Assembly (NCBI GenBank): GCA_964419675.1
Contig: CAYQPN010000002.1
Coordinates: 67,073 to 131,072, forward strand
DNA: 64,000 bases
Direction: 5' to 3'
Origin: an uncultured Candidatus Saccharibacteria bacterium
GTDB taxonomy: Bacteria > Patescibacteriota > Saccharimonadia > Saccharimonadales > SZUA-47
Part shown: positions 1 to 7,871 of the stretch, in pieces
Position numbering within the stretch: the stretch's first letter is position 1
How the letters are laid out: each line of letters opens with the position of its first letter
Notes under the pieces: generated by a model
Seen by the model: only the letters and a program-made list of their open reading frames with translations
Database searches by the model: none
Told to the model about the DNA's origin: nothing
Program-made: the position numbers and the translations under genes

Positions 1-1256
1 ATGGCTTTTTCTAAGTCTGCCAAAGTTTGATGAGACGGTGGCATAGCAGGCGGAACGATAGGAAGAGGTTGGCTCAGATTATTTTCTGAATTATCAGATT
101 GCGTTGAATCTCCATCAGCTTTTAGAGGCTCGATGATTTTTTGATGTTGCATCATCGGTCCTTCTATTTGAGCGGTTGGTAGTGTAGGTTTATCTTCATC
201 TGAATCTGGATTATAAGGTGTAGGAAGACTCGATTCATGAGTAAGACTAGTGCCTTCAGAACCTTCTTGGGGTTGGGCTACTTCTTGCGATGCTTCAGGT
301 TCCTGAACTTTGTCTGCCAAGGGCAACTCGTCTGGAACTGTCGATTCTTCACTATTATCGGTGTCTAAATTCCCGTGCTCATCAATATTTATATTCTTTA
401 GCTCATCTAACTCTTCGTCGTCATGCGAGATCTCTAATGAACCATCGTCATTCACCTGTGACGTATTTGCATCTTGAGAAGCAGAATTTAGTACTTGTGG
501 TGCTGGTTCTGGCGCTTCAAGCTCCTCTGCGATGAGTTGTTGGTTTGCCCCTGATGCCATCAACTGTGAACTAATAGATAGCGTAAATGGTTGCGTTTTC
601 TCATTTTTAAACCTATCGGTTTCCGAAACTATTCCTGTTAGTAGCGCAGTTGCGGCCTGACCGTCCAATAAATCATTACCCAAATCATTTACGATGCTAG
701 CTATCATTTCACAAATAGAGCTAGCCACTTGTCCATGCCAATTAATGTTGCCCAGTTCGCTGTTAATATCCTGTTTGGTAACCGTAATTACGCTAGCATC
801 GTGCATGATTCTGCCGTGTGCGGTAATTGCCTTATCTAAATCTTCTTTCTTGGTCACGCCTAGCGCAACAACTGCGTCTACGTTAAAGTCTCCCTGGCTG
901 AAATTAAGATCTTTATCCGTAATCGAAGTTCTGTACGGAGTAATAAATATTCGGACTACATCATCTTCGACTTTGTATCGAAGCTTATCTGCTTTGGACT
1001 TATCAAGCGCAATTATGAAGTCACGCAGTGAGTCTGTTGTCGTCTCAATAGTTTTTTCAGGCTGCAGAAATTCTAATGCTGAAGGAACAACACCGCTAAA
1101 GACTGTCGTCGCGTGCTTGTTTAAATGATTTAAAACGATAGTTAGGCCAATGGCAGCAGAAAGTTCATCCAATGTTGGGCTGCTAGTAACAGTTACCAAT
1201 ACGTTGTTGGCTGAGGCTAATTGTTCTACGACTTGTTGTTTCTGCTGAGTATCCAT
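1..1256 (-). CDS. DHH/NrnA-like fold protein, probably catalytically degenerate, with a long acidic low-complexity C-terminal tail (3' end lies outside the window)
   Basis: Hand check of the minus frame: ATG at 1256-1254 and no stop down to nt 1 (absent from the ORF track because it is unterminated). TALLTGIVSETDRFKN resembles the GIxTDTGxF motif of DHH/NrnA proteins. The usual N-terminal Asp/His motifs are not evident (SSPTLDE instead). Plus-strand ORFs 290-535 and 694-1128 are antisense artefacts. Confidence 0.5.
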   Translation of the reverse strand, partial: MDTQQKQQVVEQLASANNVLVTVTSSPTLDELSAAIGLTIVLNHLNKHATTVFSGVVPSALEFLQPEKTIETTTDSLRDFIIALDKSKADKLRYKVEDDVVRIFITPYRTSITDKDLNFSQGDFNVDAVVALGVTKKEDLDKAITAHGRIMHDASVITVTKQDINSELGNINWHGQVASSICEMIASIVNDLGNDLLDGQAATALLTGIVSETDRFKNEKTQPFTLSISSQLMASGANQQLIAEELEAPEPAPQVLNSASQDANTSQVNDDGSLEISHDDEELDELKNINIDEHGNLDTDNSEESTVPDELPLADKVQEPEASQEVAQPQEGSEGTSLTHESSLPTPYNPDSDEDKPTLPTAQIEGPMMQHQKIIEPLKADGDSTQSDNSENNLSQPLPIVPPAMPPSHQTLADLEKA

Positions 1257-1324
1257 AGGTGTTTTTATTTTTTGATTAGTTACAGGGGCAGAATACCACA
1301 AGCACGATTGTTTGTCCAGGACTA

Positions 1325-1353
1325 TTTACTTTTCTCTGTTAATCCGGTATAGT
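1325..1353 (+). promoter_or_regulatory. Putative sigma70-type promoter of rpsT
   Basis: TTTACT (1325-1330), 17-nt spacer, TATAGT (1348-1353), about 55 nt upstream of the rpsT ATG. Confidence 0.4.
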
Positions 1354-1407
1354 TACACCGATAACAATACAAGATAAAACGTCTTTAAGGAGATTAGCAA
1401 CGATACT

Positions 1408-1761
1408 ATGCCAATTATAAAATCTGCAAAAAAGCGTGTTCGAGTAACCCAAAAGGCTACGGCGAAGAACGCAAAAGTTAAGAAAAGTCTTCGAGCCAGC
1501 CTAAAAGCCTTTCAAACTGCCGTTAGCGGTAAAAAGGATTCATCAAGTTCGCAAAATGCTGTATTCAGCTCAATTGACACCGCTGTAAAAAAAGGCATTA
1601 TGAGCAAGAATAAAGCTGCTCGAAAAAAGAGCCGTCTAAATGCACAGGCCAAGGCAACTGGCGCGACTCGTTCAACTGTTAAAAAAGCAACGCCTAATAA
1701 AACAGTCGCTAAGAAGCCAGCAACTAAAAAAGTCGCTAAAAAGAAAACCGCTAAGAAATAA
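1408..1761 (+). CDS. rpsT: 30S ribosomal protein S20 with Lys/Ala-rich C-terminal extension
   Basis: MPIIKSAKKRVRVTQKATAKNAKVKKSLR is a typical S20 N-terminus. GGAG Shine-Dalgarno upstream. Confidence 0.9.
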   Translation: MPIIKSAKKRVRVTQKATAKNAKVKKSLRASLKAFQTAVSGKKDSSSSQNAVFSSIDTAVKKGIMSKNKAARKKSRLNAQAKATGATRSTVKKATPNKTVAKKPATKKVAKKKTAKK

Positions 1762-2698
1762 CTGTTCTACTTCCCTGATATTTCAGGGCAACTTCAGAAA
1801 AGAAAGTTTCAAGTGCTGATTCTCCGTCAGCACTTGTTTTAATTAGGTAATCAATATCGGCTAAAGAGCTTACGTAAAAACGTAAATCTTGTTTTGTCAT
1901 TCTTCTGGCCAGCTGAAGCGACTTTTTTGCACCGTACGGTGACATTCCAGCGCTAGTCAATGAACTTTCAGTCTTTTGGGGGCTCAATACAGCCAAAGCC
2001 AGTTGCTGAAGTTGCCAGGTAATCATAGCTATTATTTGCTGGTGTTCTATACCTTGGGCTCTTTGATCTTGGTATAGTTCCCACGCCCTTTTAGACTGAC
2101 CATTGAACAACGCATCAAGCATCGTAAAGATTTTGCTTTGAGGAGTTGGCTCAACAAGCGCTGTTATAGCTTGTTCAGATATAACTTTTGTATAGAGAGA
2201 AAGTTTTCTTATCTCACTCTCCAAATGTTGCTGATTGGTCCCCACTAAATCTATTAGCATCCTAACCTCGGCTATAGCTATCTCAGCATTATTTTCATGA
2301 GCGGTATCCTGCACCCACTTTTCTAGTAGATAGGGAGACAGCTCTTCAAAACTTTTAAAATCGGTCTTATTTTTTAGGAAACTATAAACTTTTGACCGCT
2401 TGTCGAGCTTAGCGTCGACAAGTATCAAGTCGGTAGACTCGGCAACTTGGCCTACGATTGTCTCAATACCTTCAATTATTTTACTAGATTGAAAAAAATC
2501 TCTTACAATAACTAATTTCTTTGGCTCTAAGAACGAGATACTTCTTACTGCGTCCAGAAGATAGTCAGTTGAATCTAAATCTGAACCATCATATCTCTCA
2601 ATTGTATTAGCACCATGTGCTTTTTGGTGGATACTTTGGATTCTATTTAGCTCACCTGCAATCGCTAATAAGTTTTTTCCCGTCAACGTGACTATCAT
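1751..2698 (-). CDS. holA: DNA polymerase III delta subunit
   Basis: 315 aa with overall HolA-like layout (N-terminal MIVTLTGKN..., FLEPKKLVIVRD, later helical domains). Its 3' end overlaps rpsT convergently by 11 nt. Confidence 0.75.
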   Translation of the reverse strand: MIVTLTGKNLLAIAGELNRIQSIHQKAHGANTIERYDGSDLDSTDYLLDAVRSISFLEPKKLVIVRDFFQSSKIIEGIETIVGQVAESTDLILVDAKLDKRSKVYSFLKNKTDFKSFEELSPYLLEKWVQDTAHENNAEIAIAEVRMLIDLVGTNQQHLESEIRKLSLYTKVISEQAITALVEPTPQSKIFTMLDALFNGQSKRAWELYQDQRAQGIEHQQIIAMITWQLQQLALAVLSPQKTESSLTSAGMSPYGAKKSLQLARRMTKQDLRFYVSSLADIDYLIKTSADGESALETFFSEVALKYQGSRTVIS

Positions 2699-2803
2699 AG
2701 GCTACAATATACCACTTCTCGCACTGTTAGTCTCATGAAAGGCTACAAAGAACACGTCTAATACGCACTAATATTCGTATCGATAACAGAGATAGGGACT
2801 GAA

Positions 2804-3694
2804 CTACTTTTTTGTTCGTTTTATATTTGGTGGTCTTTGACACTTTGGGCAGAGGTGTGTACCCCTACCAGCTACACGCGTCTTTTCAATAGTAGTTTTA
2901 CAACGTGGACACGCCAGATTTTCCCTGTGAAAAACACGGGCAAAATCCATATAGCTTCCTTTTTTACCTTCGGCATTAACATAATTCCGATTCGTACTTC
3001 CACCTTTATCTAATGCAAGATTTAGAATGTAAACTACTTCCTTGTGTAGTTTTTTTAGTTGAGTTGACGAAAGGTCTTTAACAATTGAAGCAGGATGTAT
3101 ACTAGCTCCCCATAAACTTTCATCAGCATATATATTGCCTACGCCGGCTAATACTGTTTGATCTAAAAGGGCTGCTTTTATTGATGTACCCGGACGCTTT
3201 CTTACCTGTCCTAGGAAAACTCCTGATGTGAATCCCTTTTCTAATGGTTCCGGCCCAAGTTTTTTTATAAAAATATCTTCTTTTACAATTTCAGTTGGAA
3301 TCAATTTTACCCAACCAAATTTACGTTGGTCATTAAAATATAAATGCGATTTATCTGAGAATGCAATCACTACTCTAGAGCTCTTGTCTGGAAGTTTGCT
3401 AATTAACGAATCGTTAGGATGGCCTGCCCCAAAACGTTTACTACCAACAAAAACCAGTTGTCCTGTCATCTTTAAATGAATCATTAAGCTATAGCCTGAT
3501 GACAGCCCTATCAACAATACTTTTCCTCTACGACCAACAGATATAATCTTCTCATTTATTACAAATTTATCTACTGAGTTTTTGTCGTTGGGGAAAGACT
3601 TATGATTATCGTTAGTGACAGATTTTATCTTTTTCCCGACGATTAATTTAATTAACCCACGTCTTACTGTTTCAACCTCTGGCAACTCTGGCAT
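2804..3694 (-). CDS. mutM: Formamidopyrimidine-DNA glycosylase
   Basis: MPELPEVETVRRGL N-terminus and C-terminal zinc finger CPRCKTTIEKTRVAGRGTHLCPKCQ. Confidence 0.93.
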   Translation of the reverse strand: MPELPEVETVRRGLIKLIVGKKIKSVTNDNHKSFPNDKNSVDKFVINEKIISVGRRGKVLLIGLSSGYSLMIHLKMTGQLVFVGSKRFGAGHPNDSLISKLPDKSSRVVIAFSDKSHLYFNDQRKFGWVKLIPTEIVKEDIFIKKLGPEPLEKGFTSGVFLGQVRKRPGTSIKAALLDQTVLAGVGNIYADESLWGASIHPASIVKDLSSTQLKKLHKEVVYILNLALDKGGSTNRNYVNAEGKKGSYMDFARVFHRENLACPRCKTTIEKTRVAGRGTHLCPKCQRPPNIKRTKK

Positions 3695-3711
3695 AGTAAA
3701 TATATTGTATA

Positions 3712-4458
3712 TTATGCTGCCAACCTAAAAGCAACGTCTAAACATATGTCCGGTTCAAGAAGTGGTGTCATATGGTGACCTTCGTATTCATCAACTGTTC
3801 TACCGGTCGGTTTAGGGACTATCCTATCTTTGGTACCATAAATTTCAACTTCTCTTTCAAAAACTTGACCATCTCTAAGTCTATCTATATCCGCTTCAGT
3901 ATCACACTTTAGAGCAGTAATCCCTTCTGCTACAGCCAACAATGGGTTCCTTAATAAATTATTCGCCGACATTCTGAGTAGGGCAGCCTCATTATTGTAA
4001 TTACCTCTTATAGTTCTAGTATTTGCCAAAACTTCGCGAGCCATAGAAAAAGGACTAGGGCTATAACCGTTTCTACCGACTGCAGAAACAGACCCAAAAC
4101 CATAAACCGAGTAGCAAAGTCTCTCCCTGTTGTGTTCTACAAAATTCATAAAATTAACAGCATCCTGGCCGGCTTTAGAATGACCTATTAAGTGCAGTAC
4201 CGCTTTGCCGGTAATAATTACTGCCTGCTTTGCGGCATCGTGTATGTCTTTTGCTCTTTCTCTGTCGGAGTCCCAAAATGGAGCATTTCTGGGATGCCCA
4301 ACTGTCATGACATCAAACCCGTTTTGAGCCAAAGCGGGTGCTACTACCCTGCTCATTGTACCCTCGCCCAACCAGCCTGCCATAAGTAACACGATTCCAT
4401 CATGAGTCATTCTACGGGCTCTTTGTGATGGAAAAAATTCGTGTTTTCTATTTTTCAC
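3712..4458 (-). CDS. Alpha/beta-fold hydrolase (serine esterase-like)
   Basis: Nucleophile elbow LIGHSKAGQ (GxSxG variant) and typical alpha/beta hydrolase length. Confidence 0.65.
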   Translation of the reverse strand: MKNRKHEFFPSQRARRMTHDGIVLLMAGWLGEGTMSRVVAPALAQNGFDVMTVGHPRNAPFWDSDRERAKDIHDAAKQAVIITGKAVLHLIGHSKAGQDAVNFMNFVEHNRERLCYSVYGFGSVSAVGRNGYSPSPFSMAREVLANTRTIRGNYNNEAALLRMSANNLLRNPLLAVAEGITALKCDTEADIDRLRDGQVFEREVEIYGTKDRIVPKPTGRTVDEYEGHHMTPLLEPDICLDVAFRLAA

Positions 4459-4519
4459 TCTACTGCAATATAACCATAAACATTACCAGTAAGCAAACTG
4501 GGGGTGTTAAGATATTCTC

Positions 4520-4762
4520 ATGGATTCATTATCAGAGTTACTAAAGTCAAATCGCCCGGCAGAGCCACCACAGATCAAGGCTCTTAAAGAATACGTCAAA
4601 AAGTTTCATGATGAACCAGCGCAAGCTAGAGTCGGTCAGCTTGGATATTCATTAACTGTTCCAAACTCTTCACTGGCCAGTAACTTACAGATGGAAATGC
4701 CCAAAATAGTTGAATACTGTAATTTGGATAAAAAACTATTTATCCGTATCGGCCACTTCTAG
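4520..4762 (+). CDS. Small conserved hypothetical protein, tentatively DUF721/DciA-like
   Basis: 80 aa. The segment YSLTVPNSSLASNLQMEMPKIVEYCN...LFIRIG is reminiscent of the DUF721 pattern. The call is weak. Confidence 0.3.
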   Translation: MDSLSELLKSNRPAEPPQIKALKEYVKKFHDEPAQARVGQLGYSLTVPNSSLASNLQMEMPKIVEYCNLDKKLFIRIGHF

Positions 4763-5323
4763 CAATTTGTTTATTTCACTTAAGAATTGCCGAAAAGACT
4801 TATAATGAATAGCCTTCATCCCTGCTAGCTCTGCGGCTTCACAATACCTTGCTATATCATCAACAAATAAACATGACTCGGGTTCAACACCCAGTCTTTT
4901 TGCTGCTAGCTCATAAATTCTAACGTCGGGCTTAGCCATGCCAACGGCATAAGACAGAACAAAATCGTTAAACAAATTAATATCGTCTTTTTCGAATAAA
5001 CTTTCCAGCCAATTGTCAGACGCGTTAGACAAAAAACCTAGTTTATAGGAACCTTTCAAATTATCTTTTATATATGAAAGCAAGAGATTATTCCGCGGGT
5101 TAGTGTCCATCTCTGCTCTGGCTTGAGCAATATCAATATTAGCCATGCTCGCAAAATAATATAATTGCTGGTCATAACTAATCCGGCCCAAACTTGCTTG
5201 GTCGTTGATTGCATGTGCCCTTTCGCTCAACTCTTCATTTTTTGAAAAATGTTTATCTATGAATTGTTCAAGAGAACCGGCAACCAGCACACCAAAACAA
5301 TCAAAAATAATAGCCTTAATCAT
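4736..5323 (-). CDS. HAD-superfamily hydrolase
   Basis: Motif I IIFDCFGVLV (DxxG variant) and late motif LFVDD. Confidence 0.8.
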   Translation of the reverse strand: MIKAIIFDCFGVLVAGSLEQFIDKHFSKNEELSERAHAINDQASLGRISYDQQLYYFASMANIDIAQARAEMDTNPRNNLLLSYIKDNLKGSYKLGFLSNASDNWLESLFEKDDINLFNDFVLSYAVGMAKPDVRIYELAAKRLGVEPESCLFVDDIARYCEAAELAGMKAIHYKSFRQFLSEINKLLEVADTDK

Positions 5324-5363
5324 TGTTAACAGTTTACAGTAAACAGTTTAGAGTTAACAGTTA

Positions 5364-5957
5364 TTAAAGACCGGTGCCGCTAACAATTGTGTTGTAGTCA
5401 GCAACTTGGCCCTTAAAAAGAGACTTTATGACTGACATTTTTGCACCAGAAGTTCCCTGTTTTGCACTACAAGATGTGCCCCATCTTCTAAGATCTGAGT
5501 CTAGCTCAATGATGTAGCGTTTGCCTGTTGCACAAACGCCTTCATCGGCAAAATCTTCTTCAGCAGTAGTGTCTTTTATCCTTGATGTCACGCTGTTTTT
5601 ATCTAGCGCACTTAAGAATGCGTTATAAGATTCAAGGGTGTTTGGATAGCTTTTTTCTGAAATAAGAATTTGTCCGTAAGCCTTATATAACTTCATAGTT
5701 ACGGTCTTTTGTGTAACTTCAATTACATATGAACGCTGTTTATCACTAGCCACAATTGGTCCTTCGGTGATAAATCGTGCAGAAGCGGTTGTTTCAATGT
5801 TGTAAGGCTCTTCAGTTGTAGCCTGTGAAGTTGTGCTTTTACTACCGCCCTTAAAGACATTCTTAGCTATTGAGGCAATTCCCCATCCAACCAATACCAA
5901 TGCAAGCAGTGATATAAAGATGACAATTATCCAACGTAATCGTGATGCAAACTCCAT
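5364..5957 (-). CDS. Hypothetical membrane-anchored protein
   Basis: N-terminal TM helix WIIVIFISLLALVLVGWGIASI followed by a soluble domain with two Cys. No recognisable family. Confidence 0.55.
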   Translation of the reverse strand: MEFASRLRWIIVIFISLLALVLVGWGIASIAKNVFKGGSKSTTSQATTEEPYNIETTASARFITEGPIVASDKQRSYVIEVTQKTVTMKLYKAYGQILISEKSYPNTLESYNAFLSALDKNSVTSRIKDTTAEEDFADEGVCATGKRYIIELDSDLRRWGTSCSAKQGTSGAKMSVIKSLFKGQVADYNTIVSGTGL

Positions 5958-5997
5958 GATGCAAGCATTATATCACATTTCAATAATTATTGCAACA

Positions 5998-6402
5998 CTA
6001 TTTCAAGACCTTACTAATGATATGCGCTATCTCTGGATACAGACCATCCAGATTTAGCTGGTCCGGACTAACTATCCACCTATAACTCTTATGCTCTTCC
6101 GTTAATAAGATTTTTTCAGGCAATGTTGCCTCGACAGTATAGTAGTGAAGAACCAGGTATAAGTCACCCTCAAATTTCTTATCCGGTAGAAAATACACTC
6201 CTTTAAGATCTGCAATCTTTTCTACCTTGCTTCCGGGAAGCTCTTCGACAATTTCACGCTTGAGTGTACTTTCGACGTCCTCCGCATCGTTCATTCGTCC
6301 ACCAGGAACATCCCAATGACCGTTTCGATACTGTAACAGTAGAATACCCCTGGGGTCCTTGATAATTCCTTTAACGCCGACGTAGAATTTTTTTATTGCC
6401 AC
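5998..6402 (-). CDS. NUDIX hydrolase
   Basis: Nudix box GGRMNDAEDVESTLKREIVEELPG. Confidence 0.85.
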   Translation of the reverse strand: MAIKKFYVGVKGIIKDPRGILLLQYRNGHWDVPGGRMNDAEDVESTLKREIVEELPGSKVEKIADLKGVYFLPDKKFEGDLYLVLHYYTVEATLPEKILLTEEHKSYRWIVSPDQLNLDGLYPEIAHIISKVLK

Positions 6403-6461
6403 TATAATTCGCCCCAGTTTTTGCCTATACTCAAATCAACTGTTATTTTTTTCATCACTAT

Positions 6462-6995
6462 TTACTTTACTCCGTATAAGAGAATAAACAAAAATATATG
6501 GAACGACCCGAAGAAGAGCATTTGTGTTCGATAAAACCTGTGCTTATTAAATAACGCGTAGACACCAGCTACAAATAGGGCTAAAACAAGGCAAAGATAA
6601 GAAAGATACCAAATAGGCATGAGCTCTAACAAAAATGGCGAGATTAATACTATACAACTAATCAACACTCCCATGGCTACAGCAGCTCTAGTGTGTAATT
6701 TTTCATGTACGAAATTATTAGGAAATATTGCTTGTATTTGCTCAAAGATAAAACCAACAAAGGAGAGATAGAGCAATTGTGAAGAACCTTTTTCAAGGTA
6801 AAAATATTTATAAGCAAAGTATAGAAATGCGAGCCCTCCAACGAAGTGGCCTATCGAATACGTTAAGTGGGTATTTTTGCTTATGGCCATATGGTGACTT
6901 ACCGATGTTTTTCTATCTTGTCTATGTCGGTAGATAAAATAAAGCATAGGACCATTTGTACCGATAAAAGAAATAAAAATCAGCGTAAGAAGCAT
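6462..6995 (-). CDS. Hypothetical polytopic membrane protein
   Basis: 177 aa with about five hydrophobic helices. Last gene of the polA-kinase-membrane gene string. Confidence 0.55.
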   Translation of the reverse strand: MLLTLIFISFIGTNGPMLYFIYRHRQDRKTSVSHHMAISKNTHLTYSIGHFVGGLAFLYFAYKYFYLEKGSSQLLYLSFVGFIFEQIQAIFPNNFVHEKLHTRAAVAMGVLISCIVLISPFLLELMPIWYLSYLCLVLALFVAGVYALFNKHRFYRTQMLFFGSFHIFLFILLYGVK

Positions 6996-6998
6996 GAT

Positions 6999-7871
6999 TT
7001 ATATACAGCCCCAGTTTTTTAGGTAATACTTTGCCTGATCAACTCGCCAAGGCAACTCTTTTTTTATGTATTTGTCCTGGACAATTACCGCTAGTTCATA
7101 TACCTTCGCAAAAATAAATATCTCTAAAGCTTTAGTACTCCCTGCTAGATTGCCTATCTGATCAATAATTAACTCAACAACATCAATCCCAAACCTTACT
7201 AAAGTGCGCATCTCTGAGTGAATACTGGTGTATCTTAGCTCAGCAAAATCTATTAGCCCAACCAGTTCGTTATTATCATTAAATAACATATTGTCCTCGT
7301 GCAGGTCTTTATGTGCTATTTGGTTGCCTACACAGAATCCATACGGTAATACTTCTCTAAATTCAAAGTAAAGTGACATATATTTTTCTGCGAGTTCACT
7401 CGGGTGTTTTTCGCAAAATTCAGCAATTTTTTTAAGCCAACTATCTACATAATAAAAATCGTTTGGGTCATTCTTCAAAATACTATCAATGTTTTTTCTT
7501 AACTTGGGCGAATTAATTTCTTGAATGAAAGTTGCGAGTTTGTCTGCAAGGTTCATTCTTTGTTCTTTTGTGAGTTTAGATGCTACTTGCGGGGTCAGAG
7601 TTACACCCCCTACATACGATATCTGTAAAAATCCTAATTCTTCATTCAACCCAATAACTTCCGGGATCTTCAGACTCACCTTTGAGTTAAATAAGTCATA
7701 CAAATTTTTCTCTTTTCTTAACAGATTAAAATCCGCTTCTTTTTTCGGAAATTTATAAACATAGTCGCACCCCACAATTGCAACATTGTTCATTTGACCT
7801 CTATCTATCCAATTAACCTCAACATCCCTATGTTTTCTGGCAATATACTTTTCTGCCTCCTCTATCCTCAA
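6999..7871 (-). CDS. Aminoglycoside/choline-kinase-like phosphotransferase (APH fold)
   Basis: Catalytic loop HKDLHEDNMLF and GLIDFAE (DFG-like). Its start overlaps the polA stop by 4 nt. Confidence 0.75.
   Translation of the reverse strand: MRIEEAEKYIARKHRDVEVNWIDRGQMNNVAIVGCDYVYKFPKKEADFNLLRKEKNLYDLFNSKVSLKIPEVIGLNEELGFLQISYVGGVTLTPQVASKLTKEQRMNLADKLATFIQEINSPKLRKNIDSILKNDPNDFYYVDSWLKKIAEFCEKHPSELAEKYMSLYFEFREVLPYGFCVGNQIAHKDLHEDNMLFNDNNELVGLIDFAELRYTSIHSEMRTLVRFGIDVVELIIDQIGNLAGSTKALEIFIFAKVYELAVIVQDKYIKKELPWRVDQAKYYLKNWGCI

Noticed and set aside
290-1128. Plus-strand track ORFs 290-535 and 694-1128
   Set aside because: Both give low-complexity Leu/Ser/Cys-rich translations and lie antisense to a continuous 418-codon minus-strand frame with a recognisable DHH-like domain.
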